DNA of 32,000 nt from Thermoproteus tenax Kra 1 (GCF_000253055.1 NC_016070.1:1710001-1742000), one strand, 5' to 3'. Counted from the first letter of the stretch, positions 1 through 9,152 are shown. Made by a program: numbers and translations. Notes: generated from the letters alone by a model not told the origin.

Positions 1-1
1 C

Positions 2-577
2 GAGGACGCAGATATAGAGGTTGTGGCCTATGTGCCAGAGACGGCGAGACATGCAGCGGCTGGATACGCAGAGGGCTTAGGCAGACCTTTAGTCGACGCA
101 GTCCTCAAGAACAGATATTCGGGCCGCATATTCATAAAACCCCCCTATATGAGGAACGCATCGCCCAGCTTCAGAGTCGTTGAGGATTACGTCAAAGGGC
201 GGAGAGTAGCCCTGGTGGACGACTCGCTGATAAGGGGAACCAACCTTAGGGATATAGTCGTCAAGCTCAAGGCTGCAGGCGCCCGGGAGGTCCACGTTAG
301 AATAGCGTCTCCGCCTGTTAAGTGGCCGTGTTTCTTCGGGATGGACTTCCAGAGCAGGTCTGAACTTATGGCCAACGGAAGAGGCCTTGCAGAGATAGCA
401 AGACTGTTGAGGGCGGACTCTCTACGGTACCTCTCCCTCGAGCAGTTCAAGGTCGTCATAGGCGAGAGGGCGTGCTACGGCTGTTTCACTGGCCGATATC
501 CACAGAGGATTAAGGTTGCCCAGCTCGAGAGGGAGATAGCTACATCAAGGGAGAAAGCACTTGGCGCAGAGCCTTAG
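2..577 (+). CDS. purF: Amidophosphoribosyltransferase PurF, C-terminal (PRTase) part, 5' truncated by window edge
   Basis: Frame is open from base 2 (EDADIEVVAYVPETARHAAAGYAEGLG). NRYSGRIFIKP, VALVDDSLIRGTNLRDIV (PRPP loop) and VRIASPPVKWPCFFGMD, plus a C-terminal ACYGCF, match PurF including probable Fe-S cysteines. Confidence 0.93.
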   Translation, partial: EDADIEVVAYVPETARHAAAGYAEGLGRPLVDAVLKNRYSGRIFIKPPYMRNASPSFRVVEDYVKGRRVALVDDSLIRGTNLRDIVVKLKAAGAREVHVRIASPPVKWPCFFGMDFQSRSELMANGRGLAEIARLLRADSLRYLSLEQFKVVIGERACYGCFTGRYPQRIKVAQLEREIATSREKALGAEP

Positions 578-1660
578 CCCTCTGGCCTCGGCAACTTTGA
601 GCAAATCATTGACACTAGGCCACTTAAGCCCGTCAGCCTCAAGGGCCATGCGCGCCTCCTCCTCGGTGAGCACGTTCGCCATCATGGCCTCGCGCTCAGG
701 CATCTTGACTCCATACGGGCACTTGCTCCTCAATGGCGGAGAGGCCACGGCTATTGAGATCTCCCGGGCGCCGGCCTTGCGCCTCAACACTTGAACTACG
801 GCCTTGAGAGTGAGGCCCGAGATCACGCTGTCGTCCACCAATAACACCCTCTTGCCCCTCACTAGGTGCTCCACAGGGTTCGCCTTGAGTTGCACCACGG
901 AGAGTCTCGCCCTCATATCGTCCAATAGGGCGCTCCTGCCCCTTGTGGTCTGAACAAACGCGGGAACATACGGCCTCCCTGCCTTGGTCGCCAACAAGGC
1001 CGCGTAGTAGGCCCCTGTCTCTGGCACGCCTACGATGACATCGGCATCAACTGGAGCGAGCAAGGAGGCCAATGCCTCTCTAAGCTCGGCGATAGGCACG
1101 CCGTCGACCTTGCTGTCGAACCTCATCGAGTATATGGCCTCAAGCGCGCACAAGCGCCCTCCGCCTCCTCCGGTGCTCTCGACGCCGTACTGCGTAATTT
1201 TAACGAGCTCGCCCACTTTGAGGCTCCGCCTCAAGTCGCCGCCCAACACATCTATAGTTGCGGTCTCAGTGGCTGCCAGAGCGAGGTCGAAGCCGTAGGC
1301 GCCCAGAGCCAGATGCCATAGATCAGATCTATACAGATACATCTCGCCGCGGTCTGTGAGGGCCACGTAGGTCGTGCTCTCTGGCCGCCCGCCCGGTCTC
1401 ACGTCTTCGTTGCCCATCTTGCACAGTACATAGTCCGGCCCCTCAGTGCAACAGTTTTGCGCCCATACGCAGCCGATAGCCGCGTTGCCCCACAAGCCCA
1501 CCGATCTGCCCGGATCTACCTCTTGTACGCCCTCCTTGTTATAGACATACGCCCTTCTGACATGCCCTCTGTTGCGCATGGACAATATGCCGTAGTGTAC
1601 GTAGGGCCCCAACTCCGTCTCTGGGCCAAAGGCGTATACAGCCAGGAGGCCTGCGCTCAT
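545..1660 (-). CDS. PurF-like paralog (Ntn-type N-terminal domain plus PRTase domain) lacking the N-terminal nucleophile Cys and with altered PRPP loop
   Basis: MSAGLLAVYAFGPETELGPYVHYGILSMRNRGH aligns with PurF MCGI(V/F)G...LxYGLxxLQHRGQ. C-terminal VRGKRVLLVDDSVISGLTLK, VASPPLRSKCPYGVKMP and LCAKC. ATG at 1660-1658 overlaps the purQ stop (ATGA); an upstream TTG at 1672 is an alternative start. Confidence 0.82.
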   Translation of the reverse strand: MSAGLLAVYAFGPETELGPYVHYGILSMRNRGHVRRAYVYNKEGVQEVDPGRSVGLWGNAAIGCVWAQNCCTEGPDYVLCKMGNEDVRPGGRPESTTYVALTDRGEMYLYRSDLWHLALGAYGFDLALAATETATIDVLGGDLRRSLKVGELVKITQYGVESTGGGGGRLCALEAIYSMRFDSKVDGVPIAELREALASLLAPVDADVIVGVPETGAYYAALLATKAGRPYVPAFVQTTRGRSALLDDMRARLSVVQLKANPVEHLVRGKRVLLVDDSVISGLTLKAVVQVLRRKAGAREISIAVASPPLRSKCPYGVKMPEREAMMANVLTEEEARMALEADGLKWPSVNDLLKVAEARGLRLCAKCFLP

Positions 1661-2289
1661 GTCCTCAGCCAAAGCTTTAAACTGAGCCAGACTCTAGCCC
1701 CATCTCCGCTCGATACATGGCGATCCACCGCTCTCTCTGGATGCGGCATCATGCCCACGACGTTGCCTGAGGATATGCCGGCTATTAGGTCCATGGAACC
1801 GTTTATATCCTCCACATACTTGACCACAGCCCGAGGCCTTTCCTCATAGACGTAGCGGCCTTCCCCGTGCGCGACCGGCAACCTTATCGTCTCGCCCTCC
1901 TCGTAGAGCAGAGTAAATGGAGTCTTTACGTCTACTACGCGCACTAAGACGTCTCTTGATACGAATCTGGGGGGATCGTTGGGCAATAAGGCTCCGGGCA
2001 GTACGCCCGCCTCAACTAGTATCTGGAATCCGTTACATATCCCCAGTATCGGCGTGCCCCTCTCGGCATCCTCTCTGAGCTCCTCGGCGGCTTTAGTCCT
2101 CGCCGCTATGGCGCCTGCCCTTAGCCTATCCCCATAGCTGAATCCGCCGGCCACTATAACTGCGTCGTAGACGCCCGCCTTGTATTCCTTGTGCCACACG
2201 ATCCTTCCCGTAAGGCCCACAAGCTCTAGAGCCCTGAGGACGTCCCTATCTCCGTTTGTGCCGGGGAAGGCCAGGACGGCTATTTCCAT
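1657..2289 (-). CDS. purQ: Phosphoribosylformylglycinamidine synthase glutaminase subunit PurQ
   Basis: MEIAVLAFPGTNGDRDVLRALE, GGFSYGDRLRAGAIAA, GICNGFQIL and PHPERAVD motifs. The annotated ORF extends to 2415 but the conserved start is at 2289. Confidence 0.95.
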   Translation of the reverse strand: MEIAVLAFPGTNGDRDVLRALELVGLTGRIVWHKEYKAGVYDAVIVAGGFSYGDRLRAGAIAARTKAAEELREDAERGTPILGICNGFQILVEAGVLPGALLPNDPPRFVSRDVLVRVVDVKTPFTLLYEEGETIRLPVAHGEGRYVYEERPRAVVKYVEDINGSMDLIAGISSGNVVGMMPHPERAVDRHVSSGDGARVWLSLKLWLRT

Positions 2290-2540
2290 GGCCCGACCTT
2301 CAACACCTCTATAGAATGCACGTTCGGATTGCCAAGACGGAGCCTCCTGGCCAGATCCACAGCTATGTCGGTTGCAGATCTCTCGTCCTGAGCCTCTACT
2401 ATTAGTCTCAAACACTTGCCCGAGCGGACCGGCACGTTGAGACCTGCCCTCTCGAAGACCTCCCTCTGTATGGTCTCCCCCTCCGGATCTCTTATGTGCT
2501 CCTTGTATCCTATGTTGATGTATACTGCAAACTTAGGCAT
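2280..2540 (-). CDS. purS: FGAM synthase subunit PurS
   Basis: 86 aa; VYINIGYKEHIRDPEGETIQREVFERAG...VRSGKCLRL is PurS-like. Located between purD and purQ with short overlaps. Confidence 0.93.
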   Translation of the reverse strand: MPKFAVYINIGYKEHIRDPEGETIQREVFERAGLNVPVRSGKCLRLIVEAQDERSATDIAVDLARRLRLGNPNVHSIEVLKVGPWK

Positions 2541-3978
2541 AGTCTACTACTGAGATCTTCGCGCCAGGGGCCCAGTCTATCCTCTTGCCTCCTAGCCCCC
2601 TCTCGCGCCTCCATTTATAGACAGCTCTGACCTTCTCGGCCCTATCCCTCATAGATCTCAGATATTCGGCCGAGCCTATGTCGCGTCTATAGAACAACCC
2701 ATCGCCTCTCACGGCTGTAGCGCACCTCTCCGCTCTCTCGTAGGCCTCAGAGGGAGTCCGCCCGGCGGCCAATACCTCGACCGCCCTAGATCCTAGAGTC
2801 ACGTATCCAGCGCTATCTTCTACGGCCGATCCAAAGAAGACGTAACAGCCCTCTCTCTGGACTATGTCCCAATCTATCGTGAACCTCCGCCCGCGGGCCA
2901 TGGCGCGGTCGACAGGGTATCCCAACGGCGCTATGGCCTTCACCACAGTGTACTCGCCCCTGAAGCCCACCTTGAGCCCCCCTAGGCGGCCCGACGCGGC
3001 TCTGGTGAAGAGCTCGTAGGCATCGTCGTCGAGCAGGTACATGACGTTTAGAGCCTCGGGATCTCCGAACCTGCTGTAGAACTCTATGAGGGTCGGCCCA
3101 TAAGCCGTCAACATCATCTGCGCGCTTATTACGCCCCTATACTCCACACCGAACTCCAACTTGACGGCCTCAATAGTCCTCTTGAGGATCTCGGCGGCTT
3201 CGGCCTGCTCCTCCTCGGTCACGTAGTCGAGCGGCGCCACTGTGCCCATGCCTCCGCACTCTGGGCCAAGCCCCAGCTCGAACGCGTGCGGGTTGTCTTG
3301 AACCACGGGGAAGGGCAATACTGAGCTTCCATCGGCCAACGCCTGGACTGTGTACTCTACGCCCCATACGGCCTCCTCAACTAACACTCCACTTTCCACG
3401 TCTCGATAGTTGGCCAACGCATCGACTACATCTGCGAGTCTGCTCCGAGCCAACTGCTCCCTGGCCTCCTCGAGATACTGGCCGGAGGAATATACTACTC
3501 TGACCCCCTTGCCTCCAGCCTGCCTAATCGGCTTTATCGCCACAGAGCCCATGGCCTTAATATAGGAGAGGGCCTCGTTGAGGTCCTTAAACACGGCGAA
3601 GGCGAGCCTTCCAGGTATTTTGTACTTCCACATTATGTTTCTTGCAATATCTTTTCTCATCTCAATCAAGGCTCCCTTGAATGGCGCACCAAGCGTCAGA
3701 AAGCCCCTCTCTATCAGCCTGTCGGAGACTCCGCGGAAAAGGGGCTCCTCTGGCCCTATCACGACTAGATCAGGCGATATCTCCTCGGCGGTTTTCACAG
3801 CTTGCGCCGGGTCTAAGTAATCACCTAAGCGGTAGTCGCCTCCCGTCCTCTTGACGACATCCTTAATGCCTGGGTTCACGTGTTTTCCCATCGCGTAGAC
3901 TCTAACGCCGCTCTTGGACAGAGACCAAGCCAGCGCGTGTTCGCGGGCTCCATCGCCGACAACGAGGACCTTCTCCAT
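2533..3978 (-). CDS. purD: Phosphoribosylamine--glycine ligase PurD
   Basis: MEKVLVVGDGAREHALAWSLSKSG, ATP-grasp region IKPIRQAGGKGVRV, YVDYGVI-like GVISAQMMLTAYGPTLIEFYSRFGDPE. ATG at 3978; upstream GTG at 3990 possible. Confidence 0.94.
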   Translation of the reverse strand: MEKVLVVGDGAREHALAWSLSKSGVRVYAMGKHVNPGIKDVVKRTGGDYRLGDYLDPAQAVKTAEEISPDLVVIGPEEPLFRGVSDRLIERGFLTLGAPFKGALIEMRKDIARNIMWKYKIPGRLAFAVFKDLNEALSYIKAMGSVAIKPIRQAGGKGVRVVYSSGQYLEEAREQLARSRLADVVDALANYRDVESGVLVEEAVWGVEYTVQALADGSSVLPFPVVQDNPHAFELGLGPECGGMGTVAPLDYVTEEEQAEAAEILKRTIEAVKLEFGVEYRGVISAQMMLTAYGPTLIEFYSRFGDPEALNVMYLLDDDAYELFTRAASGRLGGLKVGFRGEYTVVKAIAPLGYPVDRAMARGRRFTIDWDIVQREGCYVFFGSAVEDSAGYVTLGSRAVEVLAAGRTPSEAYERAERCATAVRGDGLFYRRDIGSAEYLRSMRDRAEKVRAVYKWRRERGLGGKRIDWAPGAKISVVDYA

Positions 3979-4042
3979 ACGCCGTTGCACTGTTGGCTAT
4001 ATTTAAATGTTTTCTTAAAATGGTCGCCGAGATCTCCGAGGA

Positions 4043-4054
4043 ACTTTTAAATAG
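4043..4054 (+). promoter_or_regulatory. TATA-box-like element for purC
   Basis: ACTTTTAAATAG about 25 bp upstream of the ATG at 4075, consistent with a leaderless archaeal promoter. Confidence 0.5.
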
Positions 4055-4056
4055 AG

Positions 4057-4074
4057 ATTAAGTACATGCTTAAT
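4057..4074 (+). promoter_or_regulatory. Candidate pur-regulon operator, site A (ATTAAGTACATGCTTAAT)
   Basis: Matches sites at 8608-8625 (14/18) and 9153-9170 reverse complement (15/18). Lies in the purD/purC divergent intergenic region next to the purC start. Confidence 0.5.
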
Positions 4075-4767
4075 ATGAACCCGGCCTACGAGGGGAAGGC
4101 GAAGGTAGTATACGACCTCGGCGATAGGCTGTTGATGAAGTTTAAGGATGTAGTGACTGCGGGGGACGGCGCCAGGCGTGACGAGGCGCCTGGGAAAGGC
4201 GCCTTGGCCGCCAAGACCACCGCGATTTTGTTCCAGAAGATCGACGTTCCGCACCACTTTCTATCGTACGAACCCCCCGACTCGATAGTAGTAGAGAAGC
4301 TGCAGATGATACCGCTCGAGGTCATAGTGAGGTTCTTCGCCTACGGGAGCTACCTCAGGAGGATGAGGGTTGAGCCTCTGCGGGAGTTCTCAAGGCCCAT
4401 TGTGGAGTTCCATCTGAAGGACGATACACTGCACGATCCCCTAGTGTTAGAGGACGACATAGTCGAGGCCAAGATGGCGGACAGGGGCGAGTTGGCTCAG
4501 ATGAAGGATATGGCATTGAGAGCGGCAGCTCAGCTCAGAGACTTCTTCGCGTCCAGAGGGCTACAGCTGTTGGATGTCAAATTCGAGTTCGGGAGGAGCT
4601 CCTCGGGCCTGAAGCTGGCAGACGAGATATCGGGCGATACCATAAGGGTCCTATATCATGGAGAACATCTGGATAAAGAGTACTACAGGAAGACTGGCGA
4701 CGTTAGAGGGCTTTTGGAGAGGTACAGAAAGCTATTGGAGCTCATCAGCTTAGAACAACTCCGTTGA
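4075..4767 (+). CDS. purC: SAICAR synthetase PurC
   Basis: YEGKAKVVYDLGDRLLMKFKD, FLSYEPPDSIVVEKLQMIPLEVIVR, LDVKFEFG, LADEISGDTIR. Start 4075 preferred from the TATA spacing; ATG at 4066 also in frame. Confidence 0.95.
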   Translation: MNPAYEGKAKVVYDLGDRLLMKFKDVVTAGDGARRDEAPGKGALAAKTTAILFQKIDVPHHFLSYEPPDSIVVEKLQMIPLEVIVRFFAYGSYLRRMRVEPLREFSRPIVEFHLKDDTLHDPLVLEDDIVEAKMADRGELAQMKDMALRAAAQLRDFFASRGLQLLDVKFEFGRSSSGLKLADEISGDTIRVLYHGEHLDKEYYRKTGDVRGLLERYRKLLELISLEQLR

Positions 4768-5668
4768 CCACTACGGGCCCATCGCTCTTCACTACGCCTA
4801 TAAGCTTTGCGGGGAGACCCAGGCGCTCAAGCTCCCTCAATGCGCCCTCTTTATCCTCGGTGAAGAGCACCATGCCGATGCCCATGTTGAACACTCCGTA
4901 CGCCTCCTCAGGAGCTACCCTCTTGGCCACTTCGCGGGCCCAACATGGAAGCTTAAAGGCAAGCTCGGCGCCTAGATTCCCCAAGACGCGCCTTATCTTC
5001 CTGAACGAGCCTCCTGTGATATGTGCGGCAGATTTTATTATACCGCTCTTCATAAGCTCCAGCACGGGGGAGTAGTCGGCCACGGGCCTTAGAAACAGCT
5101 CGGAGACTCTGTCTCCGCAGAGTGTCTCGTCCAACTTGAACAGCCTCCTCAACAAACTGTAGCCGTTGGCGTGCGGCCCCGTGGACTCCAAGCCTACTAT
5201 GAAATCGCCTGGCTTAACAGCCGCCGTCTCGGCGTATCGAGAGGCCGCTACAGTGCAAACTACGTCGACTCCATTAATCAAATCGGGCAGTATGGCCGTC
5301 TCACCGCCGAGCACTACTGCGCCCACTCGCCTGGCAGCCTCCTTCACCCCTCTCAAGACGTCGGCCGCTAAGTCCTCCAGGCCCGGTCTCAGAGCTATAT
5401 AGTCGACAACGGCCAGAGGCTTGAAACCGTCACATACGACGTCGTTTACGTTGACCATGACGCAGTCCCAGCCGGCGACCTCCATCCTGTCTGCCTCTTG
5501 TAGCCAGATCGTCTTGGTGCCTACGCCGTCCACGTGTAGAGCCAAGTCCCGCAAGTTCCCCCCAATCCAGTTGACGTAGGCTCCTTTGAGGCCTCCCAAG
5601 ATTGTGCCGGCCGCCTTGTGGATCTCCCTCTGTTTATCTAGATCGACGCCGGCCTCTTTATACCTCAT
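4745..5668 (-). CDS. purM: Phosphoribosylformylglycinamidine cyclo-ligase PurM
   Basis: MRYKEAGVDLDKQREI, HVDGVGTKTIW, VMVNVNDVVCDG, GGETAILPD, GLESTGPHANGYSLLR, AAHITGGSFRKIRR. Confidence 0.94.
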   Translation of the reverse strand: MRYKEAGVDLDKQREIHKAAGTILGGLKGAYVNWIGGNLRDLALHVDGVGTKTIWLQEADRMEVAGWDCVMVNVNDVVCDGFKPLAVVDYIALRPGLEDLAADVLRGVKEAARRVGAVVLGGETAILPDLINGVDVVCTVAASRYAETAAVKPGDFIVGLESTGPHANGYSLLRRLFKLDETLCGDRVSELFLRPVADYSPVLELMKSGIIKSAAHITGGSFRKIRRVLGNLGAELAFKLPCWAREVAKRVAPEEAYGVFNMGIGMVLFTEDKEGALRELERLGLPAKLIGVVKSDGPVVVNGVVLS

Positions 5669-6618
5669 GGCAACTTGGGGGCATCTATGCCTAGAACTCT
5701 CGGCGAGGCGACCTGCTTAGCCACCATATAGCTAGTTATTATGAGGTTTCTAATTATTCTGGACCTAGTCGCCAGCCCGACCCCGCCCACGTTGGGCGTC
5801 AGATAGGAGGCCCTCCTCGCCACATCCTCCTCGTCTACATCGTAGTACCACTTGCCGGTGGCCGGATCAACCTTGCCCCCTACGCCTATAACGACGGCGC
5901 CCTCTTTGATCATATCACCGGTGAGACGCCAAGGAGAGTCCTTATATATCTCAGGGGGCCGCCCCACGGCCGAGATCACTATATCGGCGTGTCTGACGTA
6001 GTATAGCTTGTCTTTGCTCAAGGCATGTAGGACGGTCACTGTTGCGTCCAACTGCATGAGCATTATGGACAAAGGCTTTCCCACGAGCTCTCCCTTGCCT
6101 ACAACGACGACGTCCTTGCCCCTCACATCAATATTGTAGTACTTGAGCATCTCCAGGATTCCCGCCGGAGTGCAGGGGAGAACGTCGCGATCCAGATCGA
6201 AACCGGCCACGAGCCTCTTCTTATTCTCGGGCGTCAGTCCGTCCACATCCTTGAGGGGGCTCAGGCGCTCGAAGATTAGGCTCTCGTTCATCCAAGGGGG
6301 CAGAGGCTTTTGAACTATTATCCCAGTGACGTCGTCCGCGACGTTGAGCCTCTCGATCAGTTCGAGGGCGGCCTTAGTCCTCCTCTCGGGAGGGACATCG
6401 TGTAGCTCGTAGATATAGGCGTCCCCTCCGATCTCCTTGATGTCCCTCAGTTTCAGATTGGCGTATCTCCGTTGCGTCTCGAGCTCCACTGGGTCGTCGT
6501 TGAGGAGTAGGATGGCCAACGTGGGCGTCAGCCCAAGCTCCTCCAGAGCCTTGACGTGTCTCCTGGCCCACTCCTTGGCCGCCTCGTGGAGAGGTCTCCC
6601 CCTAATCCAGTCGGCCAT
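5665..6618 (-). CDS. folD: Bifunctional methylenetetrahydrofolate dehydrogenase/cyclohydrolase FolD
   Basis: YANLK (catalytic YxxxK), GIIVQKPLPPWM, KDVDGLTPENKKRL, PCTPAGILEML, VVVVGKGELVGKPLSIMLM, VTVLHALSKD, PNVGGVG. Confidence 0.93.
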   Translation of the reverse strand: MADWIRGRPLHEAAKEWARRHVKALEELGLTPTLAILLLNDDPVELETQRRYANLKLRDIKEIGGDAYIYELHDVPPERRTKAALELIERLNVADDVTGIIVQKPLPPWMNESLIFERLSPLKDVDGLTPENKKRLVAGFDLDRDVLPCTPAGILEMLKYYNIDVRGKDVVVVGKGELVGKPLSIMLMQLDATVTVLHALSKDKLYYVRHADIVISAVGRPPEIYKDSPWRLTGDMIKEGAVVIGVGGKVDPATGKWYYDVDEEDVARRASYLTPNVGGVGLATRSRIIRNLIITSYMVAKQVASPRVLGIDAPKLP

Positions 6619-7435
6619 AGCCCAGAATGACGCCCAAGTCCTTGCCGGCGTTGCTCCATTCCCTCAGTTGTAGTTCGATGTAGGCCCTCTGCCTTTCCTC
6701 CCAATCCTCCAGCCACTGCCGAGTGTACCTTAGCCTTGCCCTCCAAACTTCGCGCTCCTCCTCTCTGTAGATTACTCTATTGTTCTCCTCGACTACGGTG
6801 GGCACTTTGACCACCTCTCTGTAGATATCCAGTAGCCCGTCCGCCACAGCCTGGAGGACTCTCGAGTAAAGCCTGTGTTCGTAAATCAACACTCTGTCCG
6901 CGATCAGCTCGATCTTGCGCTCGTAGGGCAACTCTAGGGCATAGATATCGCCTATATACACAGGCCATTGGTCCAGAATGGGCCCTCCGTCCACAGATTC
7001 ATCGACCAAGTGAACAGTTGGTCCAGTCACTCTGGCGCCGGATTTGTAGACCTCCATGTGAACCCTCAGTCCATACATCCCCTTGCCTCCAGCGAAGGGC
7101 AACAGCGAGGGGTGTATGTTGAGGACCCTCCATTTGAACTTCTCCAACACGGCGCGTCCCAGAATATAGTCATAGCCGGCGAGGGCCACATAGTCGACTC
7201 CGCTGTCCCTTAGAGCTTGCGCTATTTCCTCCTCCCTTTTAGGCCGCGGCACTCCCTTATGTTTTATGTAGAGCGACTCAATTCCGTATTCCTCTGCGAT
7301 CTTTCGGACTGGCGCATCCTGATCGCTGTAGATCAACAGGGCGATATCCACCCCCCTCAACACGCCGAGCCTTATGTGGTCCACTATAGCCTTAAAGTTC
7401 GTGCCTCGCCACGACGCCAAGATCCCCAGCCTCAT
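6602..7435 (-). CDS. purN: Phosphoribosylglycinamide formyltransferase PurN-like, with C-terminal extension
   Basis: MRLGILASWRGTNFKAIVDHI, LAGYDYILG, VLNIHPSLLPFAGGKGMYG, ARVTGPTVHLVDESVDGGPIL. Roughly 80 extra charged residues at the C-terminus. Confidence 0.88.
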   Translation of the reverse strand: MRLGILASWRGTNFKAIVDHIRLGVLRGVDIALLIYSDQDAPVRKIAEEYGIESLYIKHKGVPRPKREEEIAQALRDSGVDYVALAGYDYILGRAVLEKFKWRVLNIHPSLLPFAGGKGMYGLRVHMEVYKSGARVTGPTVHLVDESVDGGPILDQWPVYIGDIYALELPYERKIELIADRVLIYEHRLYSRVLQAVADGLLDIYREVVKVPTVVEENNRVIYREEEREVWRARLRYTRQWLEDWEERQRAYIELQLREWSNAGKDLGVILGYGRLD

Positions 7436-8532
7436 GCCTTGACCGCCATGCGGTCTCTCTCCTTGAGCACAAGGCGGGGGAACCTGCGCCCGTACAACAT
7501 AGCCAAGACCCGTAGTGCCTTCTTCACCGCGTCGCTCACGTCGGCCCCCGTCACGTTCACGTGGCCCATTTTCCTCCTCGGCGTGGCCCGCGCCTTATGG
7601 TACCAGTACACTCTGCCTAATTTCTCAAGCTCAACCCAAGGTATCTCTTCTGCGTTGAGCCCCAGTATGTTCACCATGGCGACGCTAGGCGTATATCTAG
7701 GCAGTCTGAGGCCCAGGCCGAGGACGGCCCTAACGTGGGTCTCAAACTGGCTTACGTCTGTCTCGAGAGTCCAATGGCCTGTGTTGTGGACTCTGGGTGC
7801 TATCTCGTTGACCAATATTCTGCCGTCTCTAGCCTCGAAGAACTCCACGGCCAACACTCCAACGTATTTCCTCGCCTCGGCTATCTTCGCTACGACTTCC
7901 TCGGCCTCCTTCGGCGCTTGCGTTGGGGCAAAGCTCCAGACCAGTATGCCGTCGACGTAGTAGTTCTGGGCCGGCGGATAGTAGTAAATGTCGCCGTCTT
8001 CAGTTCTGGCGGCTACTATTGAGAACTCCCTCTTGATATCCACGAGCTCCTCGACTAATAGCTCACCTCTGAGCTGTCTGATGCGGCCGGCCATGCTGGG
8101 GTATACATACTGGCCCTTACCGTCGTAGCCGCCGGAGGGCTCCTTGACTACAGCTCTTCCGAACGTCTCTGCCATCTTCACTGCCTCTTCTCCTCCCTTA
8201 GCCACAGCCCATCTAGGAGTCGGGATCCCCAGCGAGTTGAGGAAGTTCCTCTCGTCTATTCTGCTCCTCTTTATAGACAAGTACTCAAGCGGCGGCCTCA
8301 GCTTTCCGCGCCTCTCTGCGTATTCGGCCACCCTAAAATCGACGTTCTCAAATTCGAAGGTCACATAGTCCGCCAGATCGACGGCCGCTAGAGGATCCTG
8401 GACTGCTCTGCCGGCCCTCAACGCGGGGGCCTCAGGGTTTTCATCGTAGACGTAAATCTCTGCTGGCAACCGGGCGCTCTCCCAGATCATCATGAGGGCT
8501 AGTTGACCTCCGCCTAAGATCAACAGGCGCAT
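7432..8532 (-). CDS. purK: 5-(carboxyamino)imidazole ribonucleotide synthase PurK
   Basis: MRLLILGGGQLALMM, VVKEPSGGYDGKGQ, LVEELVDIKREFSIVAAR, LVNEIAPRVHNTGHWTLE. Confidence 0.94.
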   Translation of the reverse strand: MRLLILGGGQLALMMIWESARLPAEIYVYDENPEAPALRAGRAVQDPLAAVDLADYVTFEFENVDFRVAEYAERRGKLRPPLEYLSIKRSRIDERNFLNSLGIPTPRWAVAKGGEEAVKMAETFGRAVVKEPSGGYDGKGQYVYPSMAGRIRQLRGELLVEELVDIKREFSIVAARTEDGDIYYYPPAQNYYVDGILVWSFAPTQAPKEAEEVVAKIAEARKYVGVLAVEFFEARDGRILVNEIAPRVHNTGHWTLETDVSQFETHVRAVLGLGLRLPRYTPSVAMVNILGLNAEEIPWVELEKLGRVYWYHKARATPRRKMGHVNVTGADVSDAVKKALRVLAMLYGRRFPRLVLKERDRMAVKA

Positions 8533-8607
8533 GGGCAGTTAAAGTCCTGAATTTAAAAATTTCTTTAAAACATATCGGCGTAGCAATAAGCCGAACAAGG
8601 GAAAATG

Positions 8608-8625
8608 TTTAACTATATGCTTAAA
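8608..8625 (+). promoter_or_regulatory. Candidate pur-regulon operator, site B (TTTAACTATATGCTTAAA)
   Basis: 16/18 match to the reverse complement of site C. Lies upstream of purK, about 50 bp from the TATA-like sequence TTTTTAAATT, and overlaps the purE 3' end. Confidence 0.5.
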
Positions 8626-9097
8626 ACCGCTTAATCAGGCTGCTCTTCAAGACCTCGTCGCGCACCTCTTCCATGAAGCGCCGCACCCTCTCTCTAATCT
8701 CAGGGTATTTTATGCCCAGTATCCTGAGCGCCAAATATGCGGCGTTAGCGGCGTTGCCTATCGCCACAGTGGCCACAGGCACCCCTCTGGGCATCTGCAC
8801 TATCGATAACAATGAGTCAAGGCCCCCCAAGTGCTTAGTGGGCACCGGCACGCCTATGACAGGGAGTACTGTGTGGGACGCCGTCATGCCGGGCAGATGG
8901 GCAGCGCCGCCGGCCCCAGCTATAATTACGTCGAACTCCCTCTCAGCATTTTTGGCGAACTCTGCCATGAAGTCCGGCGTTCTGTGTGCGCTTACTACTC
9001 TGGCCTCGTAGGATACGCCGAACTTCTCCAACACGTCCATGGCCTCCTTCATTACGTCGAGGTCGTGGACGGACCCCATAATTACGGCAACCCTCAT
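8621..9097 (-). CDS. purE: N5-carboxyaminoimidazole ribonucleotide mutase PurE
   Basis: [78 protein letters not shown]. Start at 9097 rather than 9136. Confidence 0.94.
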   Translation of the reverse strand: MRVAVIMGSVHDLDVMKEAMDVLEKFGVSYEARVVSAHRTPDFMAEFAKNAEREFDVIIAGAGGAAHLPGMTASHTVLPVIGVPVPTKHLGGLDSLLSIVQMPRGVPVATVAIGNAANAAYLALRILGIKYPEIRERVRRFMEEVRDEVLKSSLIKRF

Positions 9098-9152
9098 GGG
9101 ATGAAGACGTAGCGCGGATAAAAGGAGATCGCACAAAATAGAGGTTCTACCA

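Noticed and set aside
2290-2415. N-terminal extension of PurQ
   Set aside because: Overlaps purS almost entirely and shows no PurQ similarity. The conserved start is MEIAVLAFPG at 2289.
9098-9136. Upstream start for PurE ([13 protein letters not shown])
   Set aside because: PurE family start matches MRVAVIMGS at 9097, and the extension would cover the probable promoter.
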